Source: Spirulina sp. (GTDB taxonomy: Bacteria > Cyanobacteriota > Cyanobacteriia > Phormidesmidales > Phormidesmidaceae). From it: 64,000 nt of DNA. Location of the stretch: NCBI GenBank assembly GCA_044070495.1, contig JBIPSI010000019.1, positions 44,646 to 108,645 on the forward strand, read 5' to 3'. Under the pieces are notes generated by a model, which made no database searches, had not been told where the DNA came from, and worked only from the letters and a program-made list of their open reading frames with translations. Of the stretch, positions 10,678-21,200 are shown one piece after another. The position numbers and the translations under genes are program-made. The number at the start of each line of letters is the position of its first letter. Positions within the stretch are counted from its first letter, which is position 1.

Positions 10678-11532
10678 CTAACACGGAGCCGATTCCCATT
10701 CCGACAACGAACGGCTGAGGCGAATTTGGGCCAGGGTAAACACCACCGGAATCACCCGACCGTAGTTCGTTGCAATGGCGCGCCACCCTAAATCGGCAAA
10801 GAACCAGGCCCACAGGGCTGGCCCCACCCAAGCCAATAGCGTACGGGTGGCGCTGTAACGAGCCGCATTCATCGCCACCCCACGGGAGGCCATACCCAGA
10901 GCCACGCGACTTTGAATCTGAGCTAAAGCTGTGCCGCCGCCCCGAACTAGGGTTTGTTTGGCCAGTTCATAGCGGGCCACTTGGAGCAATACCTGGCGGG
11001 CCAAATGGTGGAGCAACCAAGGCCGCAGCAGCGCACTCACCGCTAAGGCGCTGCCCCCCTTCACCAACAGCCCTGTGGGATTGGCTTGCAGCGCCTGGGG
11101 TAAGGTCTGGAACTGGGGCGACTGGGCCAGGGTTTGTCGCAGTTCCTTCTGCACCTGTTGCCGTTCCCTTGGAGGGAGTTTCTCCCAGGCCGACTCAATC
11201 AGATGTAGAAAGACCTCCGCCTCCAAGTCCTCCGTGGGCCAAGCCTCGGCGTAGGGCAAGCGTAGGTAGCGGCACACTTGCACCAGCGCTTGGCGATAGG
11301 TCATGGCCTGACTTTGGCCGTGTAGCACCGTCAGCCCATCCGCTGCCAAAAACCGAAACCGCTGTTCTAGCCGATCCAGCCACTGCTGCCGTGACCCACT
11401 TTGCACCGTCAGCGGATCCAGGCGATTGAGGTAATCTAGCGGGTTAAACTTGGGCCGAAACAACATCTCGGTCAGAGCCTGGAGTTCTTCCTCCGTGGCC
11501 AATTCCAGGGCCGAACGCAGCTCATCCACCAC
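10678..11532 (-). CDS. YaaW-like conserved cyanobacterial protein
   Basis: DELRSALELATEEEL...KFNPLDY...RFRFLAADG...NYGRVIPVVFTLAQIRL. Confidence 0.7.
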   Translation of the reverse strand: MVDELRSALELATEEELQALTEMLFRPKFNPLDYLNRLDPLTVQSGSRQQWLDRLEQRFRFLAADGLTVLHGQSQAMTYRQALVQVCRYLRLPYAEAWPTEDLEAEVFLHLIESAWEKLPPRERQQVQKELRQTLAQSPQFQTLPQALQANPTGLLVKGGSALAVSALLRPWLLHHLARQVLLQVARYELAKQTLVRGGGTALAQIQSRVALGMASRGVAMNAARYSATRTLLAWVGPALWAWFFADLGWRAIATNYGRVIPVVFTLAQIRLSRSLSEWESAPC

Positions 11533-11690
11533 CGCTCACCGTTCGATACAATTACCCCTTAATTTTTACACCATATTTTCCTGAGCAGAGGCATACGGCC
11601 TAGGCGAACACCCATCTAACCCCAGCCCGCATCAACAGCCGGGATGTAGGCGCTACCGATATACTGGAAGGGTCGTTGCACCCCCTGGCT

Positions 11691-12095
11691 ATGACTACTT
11701 CGCCTACGGCCAATCCTGCGGCTGCGTCCATCACCGAACTTGCTCCCAGTTACCGCATTCCGCTGGCGCTGGTGGGGCTAGCCATACCGCTAGCAGTGCT
11801 TAACCTCTGGCTGGGCGGCGTGGTCGGGCTGTTTGGCGTGTTTTTGTGGATTCAGGCCATCACCCTGCGGCTGCGCTTTACCGAGACCGCCCTGGATATT
11901 TATCGAGGGCAAAAACAGATTCGCCAGTTTCCCTACGCCGAGTGGGAACACTGGGAGATTTTCTGGTCTCCAGTGCCCATTCTGTTCTATTTTCGGGAGG
12001 TGAAAAGCATTCACTTTTTGCCGATCATCTTTAGCCCCAGCCAGCTTAGGACAGCCCTAGAAGACCGCTGTCCTCTACCCCTAAAACAGGGTTAG
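11691..12095 (+). CDS. DUF3119 family membrane protein
   Basis: ELAPSYRIPL...RLRFT...IFWSPVPILFYFREVKSIHFLP. Confidence 0.8.
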   Translation: MTTSPTANPAAASITELAPSYRIPLALVGLAIPLAVLNLWLGGVVGLFGVFLWIQAITLRLRFTETALDIYRGQKQIRQFPYAEWEHWEIFWSPVPILFYFREVKSIHFLPIIFSPSQLRTALEDRCPLPLKQG

Positions 12096-12210
12096 GAACT
12101 TACAAAAGCGTCCAAAGTAGGTGAGTTTTGGCGTGGGAATACCTACTATCCTGTGAGTGGCCGACTGGAGCAGATGACACGCCAAGATATATCAGCCAGG
12201 ATATTTTGAT

Positions 12211-12231
12211 GGTGGGCAGCGCCCACCCTAC
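12211..12231 (-). repeat. REP-like palindrome
   Basis: GGTGGGCAGCGCCCACCCTAC. Confidence 0.8.
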
Positions 12232-12250
12232 CGTTGATGTTCATTAAAGG

Positions 12251-13429
12251 ATGTCCATGACCCCCGACGAGTTTTCCCCATCGACGCCATCACCCGAAAG
12301 CAGTGCCAGTGGCGAGGGCAGCGGTTCTGCCTCGGTGGATTTTTCGGGTCTGCGATCCGAGGGACTGGGACTGGGGGGAGCATCCTCTGAGGGTTCGCGC
12401 TCCGAGGGATTTCGGTCGGACTGGAGTACGCGCATGGACAGCCTGAAGCAGCAGGAGGCCGACCTGAAGCGCAGCATTGCCGACCTGCAAGCCACCTACA
12501 ACCGTCTCACCCAGGATCAATTTAAGAAAATCCAGACCGATATCAGCCGCATGGTGGAGCAGGGCACCGCCGAGCTAGAACAGCGCAAGCGCACCCTGCA
12601 ACTCGACATCGAAAAGCTAGAGCGTCGCCAGGAGCGCATCCAGGCGGAAATGCGCACCACCTTTGCCGGGGCTTCCCAAGATTTGGCGGTGCGGGTGCAG
12701 GGCTTTAAGGATTACCTGGTAGGCAGTTTGCAGGATTTGGCCACCGCCGCCGAGCAGCTAAACATGGCTCCCGCTGCCGCCCCCCCGCGAGAGCCGGAGG
12801 TGATTCAGTCTGGGGCAGGTCGCCGTCCTCGCCCCCAAGCCCCCGCCCAGCCCCCGGCGGATGGGGCTGCCCTAGGCTTTGCCGCCAGCACCTTCCAAGA
12901 CCAAACCGAACGGGTTCGCAGCCTGCTAGATCAATACCGGATGCGGCCCGACTATTACGGCCCCGTGTGGCAACTGCGGCGCACCTTCGAGCCGATCCAT
13001 GCCGAGCGGGTGTCGGGCTGGTTCTTTGCCCAGGGCGGACGCGGTGCCGTGAAAAGCATGGGCAGCCGCTTGCAGAACGTACTGGTGGCCTCGGCGGCGA
13101 TTTCCATTTTGCACACCCTCTACGGCGGACGACTGCGGACGCTGGTACTCTCCAACAGCCCCGAACGGCTGGGGGAATGGCGACGAGGGCTGCAAGACTG
13201 CCTGGGCGTATCGCGGGCCGACTTTGGCACAGGCCAAGGGCTGATGCTATTTGATGCCCCAGAACCCCTCGCCCAACGGGCGGATCGGATTCGGTCTGAG
13301 GGTGGCCTACCGCTGATTGTGGTAGACGAAGCCGAAGCGGTGATTAGCCTTGCCCTGCTTCAGTTTCCCCTGTGGCTGGCCTTTGCCCCCGACCCGGCTA
13401 ACCCCATCAATGAATATGACTATTTCTAA
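12251..13429 (+). CDS. DUF3086 family coiled-coil protein
   Basis: LAVRVQGFKDYLVGSLQDL, PDYYGPVWQLRR, ERLGEWRRGLQDCLG, FPLWLAFAP; next to DUF3119. Confidence 0.85.
   Translation: MSMTPDEFSPSTPSPESSASGEGSGSASVDFSGLRSEGLGLGGASSEGSRSEGFRSDWSTRMDSLKQQEADLKRSIADLQATYNRLTQDQFKKIQTDISRMVEQGTAELEQRKRTLQLDIEKLERRQERIQAEMRTTFAGASQDLAVRVQGFKDYLVGSLQDLATAAEQLNMAPAAAPPREPEVIQSGAGRRPRPQAPAQPPADGAALGFAASTFQDQTERVRSLLDQYRMRPDYYGPVWQLRRTFEPIHAERVSGWFFAQGGRGAVKSMGSRLQNVLVASAAISILHTLYGGRLRTLVLSNSPERLGEWRRGLQDCLGVSRADFGTGQGLMLFDAPEPLAQRADRIRSEGGLPLIVVDEAEAVISLALLQFPLWLAFAPDPANPINEYDYF
13376..13429 (+). repeat. Copy 1 of a 54-bp direct repeat (3' end of the DUF3086 gene)
   Basis: Encodes LAFAPDPANPINEYDYF*; matches 16157-16210. 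Confidence 0.9.
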
Positions 13430-13466
13430 CCTTCAGCCAGTCAAACAGATTCAGTAGATCACAAAC

Positions 13467-13916
13467 TTGCTCTATTGCCCTGATTTGGCCCTCATCCTCG
13501 AACGCCTCGTTGCCCTCAACGCCCAACGCGCCGAAGAAGAACGCAACGGACTCATCCGCTGGCTGCGGCCAGAGTATCAAGCCCCAGATTCCGTACGGGC
13601 GCACGGCGGTGCGCCCCAACAGGGCATTCTCGAAGGCATTACCTCCCCCGAAGAGACCGTCGTGGAACCCGTAGAACAGCGCAAGTGGCCCACCCAGCCC
13701 AAAGCTCAACTCGCCGCCATTCGAGACTTGCTCCGCACCAGCAGCGGCGAATGGACAGTGCCTCAAATTGCCGCCCAATTTACCGGGAAAAATACTAAGA
13801 AAAAAATCGACACCATCACCGAAAACTTGGAACGCCTAGAATGGTTTGGCTTAGTGATCTGTCAGAAACATAACGGCATTCTCCACTGGCACCACACCGA
13901 ACTCCTAACCGCTTAA
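13467..13916 (+). pseudogene. C-terminal remnant of a MmeI-like/type IIG restriction-modification DNA methyltransferase
   Basis: ILERLVALNAQRAEEERNGLIRWLRPEYQAP and WPTQPKAQLAAIRDLL are typical C-terminal motifs of such enzymes; no MTase motifs and no good start. Confidence 0.7.
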
Positions 13917-16009
13917 TGAGGTAAATATTGATCAAATTGTCTTAGACTATCTGTGCTTTGATACTCTTGCGGACGAATTTGTCGCAACACAATTGCAGCT
14001 TGTAGTGGATCTCTAGTGATGAGTTGCAGAGCCTTGTTAGGCTCTGATAAAAATTCAAAACTGAGCGATGTAATCTCGGTTGCCCCTTCACCACCTTGGC
14101 CGTAATATCTGGATGTATATTGACCTGTGGCTTCGTATGTACCTCGGTATCGACTTTCCGTCGGCATACCGCCTTTTTTGCCTTTGAGGGGGTTATGGCC
14201 GACCCGATTGCCACCACCATTTGCAGCGTGACGTGATCTCAACAACAACTGATTCTCATGCCACAAATCACTGGATATGTTCTCCTCAACATAGTGACCA
14301 ATTTCATGTGCAATGAGATTAGGTTTCTCGTTATAGCCAATGGTGATAACACCTGTAAGCTGACCAGGACGCTCGTATCCTGCTAATAATTTGATTCCCA
14401 TGCCAACAGTATTATCTGCTTTAATACTTTTCCGAGTTGTGACCTGTATTTGAGGTGGATTTAGTTGCTCAAGAATTTGGGGTTCAATAAGTCGCTTGAT
14501 GAATGTTTCGGCTGTCTGAAGGCGTCCTTCTAAAGCATTTCGTTTAACTCCATTGGCTTCAAGATCTTGACGAGAAGCATTACCCATAAAAAGGCGCGTT
14601 TTCTTAGTGACAATTTGAACATTATCCAGAATTGAGCCATCATTTTTCCACTGAGATTCTCTTTGCTGCCCTTGTTCTAAATCGTCATCGTCTACGTCAT
14701 GAGCAACAAACATGTCCTGATTTTGATCAGGATGGATGAGGTACTGTATCGTTGGCATTTGCTGCAACGCTGTAGCAAACTGCTGCTTCACATTATTTGC
14801 AAGATAGGCTTGAGGCAAAGCAACGTTTTCTCGTTCTTTCAGATAATAATCGTGAACTCTAGTAATATATCCAAGTCCTTTTTCTTGCTCGAAATCGGCG
14901 CAGCAATTGCTATAGAAATTAAGAAATTTAGCTTTAAATTCTTGATCGCTTTGATTGATTTCTGTTGATACTGTACCAAGCAAGCCATCAATGCTTGTAA
15001 CATCAATAGTGTTGCGATCTAGCAATTGGACAAAATCTCCAGAGATATCTTGATCGTCAGATTGTTGTGCCTGCGCCTCAAGATAGTCATAGAATTCCTG
15101 TGCGAATCTTTGGGAAACTTCCGTATAACCAGGAGATTGACGAGCATCCATTTCATTAAAACGGCTCCGAGTCAGTGATTGAAGACTATCAATTGGATCG
15201 CCAACTTTGGCTTGAATTCTGACCGGTGCAGTAGCAGCCCCGTTTTGTTGAATGACATGGGTAAGCTCATGAGCAATGAGCTCCTGCCCATTTCGACTGC
15301 TGGGCTGATAGGCCCCTTGGCGGAAGAAAATATCTTGCCCGGTGGTAAAAGCCTTAGCCTGGATGGATCGATTGAGTTGGTCAGCTTGGCTATCCGCATG
15401 GATGGTGACGCCGCTAAAGTCGGCTCCCATGGCTTGGCCCATTTGTTTTTGCAGGTTGGGGTCTAGGGCTTGGCCGCTGCCCCTAGCCTGGGAAATAGCG
15501 GATTCTAAAGATTCTGAGGCTGGCCCACCTGCCACAGCTTCGTTGGCGGGGCGCATTTGCAGTTCGTCTTCTTCCGGGATATTCCGCTGCAAAATGGGTT
15601 TCATTTGCAGCTCTTCTTCTTCGGGCATCTCCAGCCGTTGAAGCATGGGCGACCTTTGTAGTTCGTCTTCTTCCAAAGCATCTCGCTGGAGGGGGGCATT
15701 GGCTTGGGGGGAGTGAATCTGCTGCACCACCTGGCTGGCTACCCGGTCGGCCTCCTGTTCGTACCTATCGCCCGGTGCGCCGATGGTGAGCTTGGGTTGA
15801 ATCGGCTGGCTGCTCGTGCCGGTTGGAGCTTGGATGGAAAAGGTCAGGAAAGATGCCTGATTAAATATCGGGCCAGGGGCGGCGAGAGCCTGATCCGCTG
15901 GGGTCTGAGCCTCTGGGGTGGGCGCAAAGGGGCGAGGCTGAAAAGGGTTAGATCGCTGAGCCGCCGGGGGCTGAAAAGACTGGTCTTTGCGAGATGGATG
16001 TTCTTTCAT
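13913..16009 (-). CDS. DUF4157 (eCIS-core) domain protein with a C-terminal putative metallopeptidase effector
   Basis: QPKLTIGAPGDRYEQEADRVA, GADFSGVTIH, AKAFTTGQDIFF, LIAHELTHVIQQ; second HExxH (AHEIGH) in the AT-richer C-terminus; GAAGGGA RBS before ATG 16009. Confidence 0.85.
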   Translation of the reverse strand: MKEHPSRKDQSFQPPAAQRSNPFQPRPFAPTPEAQTPADQALAAPGPIFNQASFLTFSIQAPTGTSSQPIQPKLTIGAPGDRYEQEADRVASQVVQQIHSPQANAPLQRDALEEDELQRSPMLQRLEMPEEEELQMKPILQRNIPEEDELQMRPANEAVAGGPASESLESAISQARGSGQALDPNLQKQMGQAMGADFSGVTIHADSQADQLNRSIQAKAFTTGQDIFFRQGAYQPSSRNGQELIAHELTHVIQQNGAATAPVRIQAKVGDPIDSLQSLTRSRFNEMDARQSPGYTEVSQRFAQEFYDYLEAQAQQSDDQDISGDFVQLLDRNTIDVTSIDGLLGTVSTEINQSDQEFKAKFLNFYSNCCADFEQEKGLGYITRVHDYYLKERENVALPQAYLANNVKQQFATALQQMPTIQYLIHPDQNQDMFVAHDVDDDDLEQGQQRESQWKNDGSILDNVQIVTKKTRLFMGNASRQDLEANGVKRNALEGRLQTAETFIKRLIEPQILEQLNPPQIQVTTRKSIKADNTVGMGIKLLAGYERPGQLTGVITIGYNEKPNLIAHEIGHYVEENISSDLWHENQLLLRSRHAANGGGNRVGHNPLKGKKGGMPTESRYRGTYEATGQYTSRYYGQGGEGATEITSLSFEFLSEPNKALQLITRDPLQAAIVLRQIRPQEYQSTDSLRQFDQYLPH

Positions 16010-16156
16010 CGCGATTCCCTTCAGATCTGGCTGGGGCAATAGCCTACAGGTCTTTGCACCAATATGGCACAGGGAAGCACGAGAGTCTCCTAGCAAATGG
16101 TCGAACCCTGGTTAGGCGCAGTTAGTCAGTCCCACCGACGGATGCAAGGTTCTAGG

Positions 16157-16210
16157 TTAGCCTTCGCCCCCGCCCCCACCAATCCCATTAACGAGTACGA
16201 CTATTTCTAA
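16157..16210 (+). repeat. Copy 2 of the DUF3086 3'-end repeat (orphan fragment)
   Basis: Encodes LAFAPAPTNPINEYDYF*; 42/54 nt identical to 13376-13429. Confidence 0.9.
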
Positions 16211-16221
16211 GCCTCAGCAGG

Positions 16222-16269
16222 TAAAAAAGATCACGTCGGCTGCATTATCACCACGTAACGCAGCCGACG
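16222..16269 (-). terminator. Probable rho-independent terminator of the DUF2252 gene
   Basis: Stem CGTCGGCTGC (16234-16243) / GCAGCCGACG (16260-16269), followed on the minus strand by a T tract. Confidence 0.7.
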
Positions 16270-16272
16270 GTT

Positions 16273-17718
16273 TCAAAATTCGCTGGCGACTGGAATACGA
16301 CCCGTACGGGCGGCAGCGGCTAGTTGATCGTAGTCCTGCTCGGTTTGGTCAGCATAGGCCTGGGCAAATTTGACGAGGGCATCATCCAGGGCTTCGTTAT
16401 CACCAAGGTAGCCAGACAACATGGCGGCATCCCCCGATTTCGCATGGGCCAGCGCCAATGCCCAGCCACATAGTCCGCAATAAGCTGGGAATCCCGATAA
16501 TTGAACTTTATCCGGTTCCAGTTTGACGCCCCCTTTCATATCGCGTAGCTGGCGCACATAGTAATGCAGACCATCCTGCTCGCCCCAGCCTAGAAAAATG
16601 TCGGGTGCCCCCTGAATTAACCGCTGTCCTACAACTACTCGGTGTCCTTCATTGTCATCAGGAAGTGTCTGTTTGGAATAATCCTTAGCATAGGGGGCTA
16701 AGACAGAGGGCTGAGCTTCTTTGACCTGCAAAAATAGGGGATCATTGATGTCCCTGCCCTGGAAGTAGATGACCCAGCAATGAGTTCCCACACTGCCCAC
16801 CCCGACAACCTTGCGGGCCACGTCCAAAACGCGATATTGCGACATCAGAAAGCGGCGGTCTGCACCCATGGAGGCCAAATATTCTTGCAGAAAGAGTTCT
16901 AGTGCTTCTGCAATAGGTCGGCCCTTGCGGGTGGTTTGATCTCGCACTACCAACGGTCGATCTTCGATAATATGGTGCTGATTATCCAGCAGATCCGTCA
17001 TTTTATCGAGCACTTGAAGATGGGTTCGGCTCCGTGCCTTTTCCATGACTTGAATTGCAATTTTTCGATATTTAGGAGGCAGTTTTTCCAGAATGTCCGC
17101 TTCTTTGATGCTGGCATACCACAGATCTAAGCAGCCCATTTCGGCATACTCGCGCAGATGTTGACGGTAGGACTGCACGACTTCCCGTGCGGCGGTTTCG
17201 CAGAGATCACGATCTCCACCTAAAAACCGTGCGGCCACATTTGCACTGGCTACCAAACGCTTCAAATCCCACTCCCAGGCTCCGGGGTGAGTTTCATCAA
17301 AATCATTAATACCAAAGGTTAAATTGCGCTCGGCGGAGGCAAATAGGCCAAAATTAGACACATGCATATCGCCACAGGCTTGCACCGTTAGGCCCGTGGT
17401 GGGGGCAGGGGCGATGTCTTGAATCATGATGGCCGCTGAACCCCTAAGAAAGGCAAAGGGTGAGGTTAACATGCGGGCGTAGCGGATGGGAATTAATTCT
17501 GGAATGCGGGTGCTGGCTTGGGCTTCCAGAATGGATATCGGATCTGGTCGATTGGGAGACGGTTGATAATTTCCATGTTCAGAGCGTTTAACGGTTTGAC
17601 GGAGAGCTTTCCCGGCAGCAAAACGTTCTTCTAGGGCAAGCAACGTAACCTCAGGGCTGACAACGGAACGATTGATACGCTGCTTTTTTTTAGATGAAGT
17701 TTTAGGCAAAGTCTTCAT
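16273..17718 (-). CDS. DUF2252 family protein (kinase-like fold)
   Basis: RYARMLTSPFAFLRGSA, CGDMHVSNFG, INDFDE, WEWDLKRL, KVVGVGSVG, LQVKEA, YVRQLRDMKG. Confidence 0.9.
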   Translation of the reverse strand: MKTLPKTSSKKKQRINRSVVSPEVTLLALEERFAAGKALRQTVKRSEHGNYQPSPNRPDPISILEAQASTRIPELIPIRYARMLTSPFAFLRGSAAIMIQDIAPAPTTGLTVQACGDMHVSNFGLFASAERNLTFGINDFDETHPGAWEWDLKRLVASANVAARFLGGDRDLCETAAREVVQSYRQHLREYAEMGCLDLWYASIKEADILEKLPPKYRKIAIQVMEKARSRTHLQVLDKMTDLLDNQHHIIEDRPLVVRDQTTRKGRPIAEALELFLQEYLASMGADRRFLMSQYRVLDVARKVVGVGSVGTHCWVIYFQGRDINDPLFLQVKEAQPSVLAPYAKDYSKQTLPDDNEGHRVVVGQRLIQGAPDIFLGWGEQDGLHYYVRQLRDMKGGVKLEPDKVQLSGFPAYCGLCGWALALAHAKSGDAAMLSGYLGDNEALDDALVKFAQAYADQTEQDYDQLAAAARTGRIPVASEF

Positions 17719-18210
17719 TGTTTTTGGAATCCATTCAATTATGGTTAATCAGCCAGTCAATATGGTTAATGTCAGCCTGCTAAGCTGTTAAGACCTAAAA
17801 ATACATTGAATTTTCTAAATGTGCTTTAGGCTTTGTGGCTATAGTCAACACAATCTTGCAGAAGACATGTTAGCTTCCTCCGCCATGTATGAAAGGTTTA
17901 GTTAGTATAGGGTAGCGCATTATCAACTGCGCTAAAATTTTAAAGCTAAAAGTAACAAAAGATTCTAAGAAAGCTATAGGAAACCTAGAAGGAGCCTCCA
18001 TAGCCAGTAGCTCGAATAAAAGAGTTTTACCCTCGCGGCATGAATGACCTGGCTGGTAAGTCTTTTCGCTTCTCTTGTAAAGTTCTGTATCCTGCTCGCC
18101 TAGGGGCGACACAGATTTTTAAGAGAAGAAATTAAGGAATACAGACCAACGGAACTTCCTAAGAGGTGTAGAATCTCAGCACGGATTTATAAGGTTGAAG
18201 GAACGGCCCC

Positions 18211-21200
18211 ATGCTGGATCGCATTTGGGAAGTGCTGGGTTACATCTTTGCCCTTAATGGCGAGGCGTTTCGGATTGCCACCACGGTGCCGAATGGGTTG
18301 ACCTTTGCCCTGGTGATTGTGCTGCTAGCGGGCATTTCCCAGGGCATTGGCCAGAGCGTGGTGCTGTTTCTTAATCAGGTGAAGCCGTCGCGGTTTGCAA
18401 TTAGCCTGCTGATCAATGCGCTGCTGTTCACGGGTGGCTTTCTGGCCCTGGGGCTGAGCACCTGGCTGGTAACGCTGCTGCCGGGAGCGACCCTGGTTCC
18501 CCCCAGCTACATTGTGATTGTGCTGGGTGCGGCCTACGCACCGTTGCTGTTCAGCTTTTTGGGGGCCTTGCCCTACCTGGGTCTGCCGATTTTGAATATT
18601 CTCTCCATCTGGCACCTGTTGGCCATGGTGGTTGGTTTTGGGGCGGTGACGAATTTGCCCATTAGCGATGCCTTCCGCTATGTGGGGCTGGGCTGGGTGC
18701 TGCTGCAAGTGTTGCAAAACACCGTTGGTCGTCCCATTGCCAAGCTGAGCCGGGGCATGGCCAACCGCGCCGCCGGGGTGGATCTGGTCACCAGTCATCG
18801 GGGGTTGTCGGCCTCCATGCAGGATCGGCTCGACCAGGTGCCCACCCGCTGGCAGGAGGAACTGAATCAGCGCATGGCTGCCCTCAACCAGGGGGATGTG
18901 GTGGCGGCGGTGATGGGCAATGATCCACCCACGCTGGCAATGGCGGGCGTTGGGGGATCGGGGGCGACGGTGTTGGGCGCGATGTTGCCCACTGCCGATG
19001 AGTCTGCCAGCCAGGAGCGAAGCTGGAGTGGCACGGTGAAGGCCGTCCTAGGCGTGGTGGCGATGGTGCTGCTCACCCTGCTGATGTTGACGCTGTTGCA
19101 GCCCCTACGACAGTGGTGGTTTGGCTGGTTTTCCACCTTTCCCGATCTGGTGCAGTTCGTGCTGAATTTGGTCTGGGTGGGCGCGGTGGCGCTGGTGGTG
19201 GCGGGGCTGCTGGCTCCCTTAGAAACCCTGGGCTGGTGGGCCGGTTGGTACGAAGATGATGTGAACACCACGGTGAATGCGGGGGAGTTGGCCCAGGCTC
19301 CGGCCCCGAATCAGACCTTTTCCCGCTACGTGGTGTATTTGGACGGCATCGGCAAATCCACCTTTGAATACCTGCCGGACATTGAGGAATTTCTCGACAC
19401 CCTAGCCCCCACCCTGCCGCAGGATGTGGCCCTAGTGCGCGGCATCATGCCCTACTCGGTGATGAACGCGCCCCTGGATGAGGATCGCCCCCTGGCCTTC
19501 CTCTGGCGCTACGCGGATAAGCTGCGGTTTGCTAATCCGGCTAGCATCCTGGGGCTGCTGGTCAACATTCGCAACATCCTGATTGTGGGGGTGTCCGCCG
19601 ATAAGCGCTATGGCCCCCTCTACAACCAAGGCATGGCCCAGGTGGTCTACAACGGCCTGGTGAACAACGGCTACCCCCTCGAAAGCGGTATTCCCATTAC
19701 CTTCATTGGCTACAGCGGCGGTGGGCAGATGTCCTGCGCCAGTGCCCCCTACCTGAAGCGGGCCTTGGGTGCTCCGGTGGATGTGATTTCCCTGGGCGGG
19801 GTGATGAGCGCCAACATCGACATGCTGAAGCTGGAGCACCTCTACCACCTGGTGGGCGAGAAAGACACCGTGGAGAGCCTTGGCCCCAAAATGTTTCCCG
19901 GTCGTTGGAAGATTTTCCCCCTCTCCTACTGGAACCGAGCCAAGCGACGGGGCAAAATTTCCATCATTCCCATGGGGCCAGTGGGCCACCAGGTGCCGGG
20001 GGGAATTCTAGATCCCCATCTTGTCTTAGAAGATGGTCGCAGTTCCCTTCAGCAGACCATCGACACCATCAACGCCATTTTGCAGGGCAATCTGGTCTTA
20101 GGAGATGACGTGGCTAACCAACGCAAACCCAGCCACTACGACCTGTTCCGGGCCAGCCCCCTGGTGCAGTCCCAAAGCTATCCCCTGGATCAACGACCCG
20201 ATCCCAGCCGCTACGTACCCATCGCCGACTGGGTGGGGCGGCTGATTCTTCCGGCCAAGGCAGATCGTTTCGGCGGCGTGTACTACGAAGTTCACCATGC
20301 CCCAGCGGAATACGCTGACCTGATTGGCCAGGTGGTGAAGCTTCGCTGGGCCGAGGATGCCCTGGTGCAGCGGTTTGTGAAAGCCGCCACCCACGACCTC
20401 CACTTCAGCGCCGATGCCGAATACAGCAGCCGGACGAGTGGGGCCGTTCACCCCGTTCGCATTAACCACTGGCTGCGGGTGGATCCGCTAGAGTCCCTGG
20501 CGGGTTCTCTGCCGGAGGACGAGATGATCGTGGCGGTGGAGGATCCCCAGGTGCAGCGACAGGCTGACGAAATCACGCTACGGATCCGGTGGCAACCCAT
20601 GGAAGTCACCGGGCGCTACTACGGTCTAGTGCAGTTTGCGGCTCAGGTGCCAGGGACGGATCGCTTCCAGGTGCGCCACTTTAACCGAGCTAGCCGCGCC
20701 TTTGATGGCCCCACCGAGGAGGTGCGCGTCCCCAAGCCCAGCCACCTGGATTTGTACGGCAGCGATCCCTCCACCAGTGCCGGAATTGAACAATCTCCCC
20801 ACAACGAGCAGGGCTGGTACATTTACGGTGCCACCGATGCCACGGGAACCTTTGTGGTGCAAGCCTGGGGGCCGCGCTCCCTGTTTCGGCTCCAGCCAGA
20901 GCGGGTGGTGTTTGGCGGCTCGAAAGCGGCCTATCGCTACATTCGCAAGGAGTCCTGGGCCGATGTGGTCAACCAAAAGGGCAAGGTGGGGTCGGTGCTC
21001 TGCACCCGGCGAGACAATGGCCGACCGGAGGCGATTGCCGAGGCCATCGACGAGTGGCAGGTGGGAGATCGGGCCTTGTTGCTCCACACCTACGGCGGCA
21101 TTGGCGGCGAAAAGAAAGAACCCGCCGCCTTTAGCCCCATTTTCTTTGGCCACTTTGCCTACGGACGCGCCGAGGTCGTCCACGACCCCCTTGCCGACGA

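Noticed and set aside
17740..17770. TATGGTTAAT direct repeat upstream of the DUF2252 gene
   Set aside because: A short AT-rich repeat in an AT-rich region; it could be chance and no regulator can be assigned.
17870..18112. 80-aa ORF in an AT-rich intergenic region (also 32129-32329)
   Set aside because: No RBS or motifs; more likely promoter DNA.
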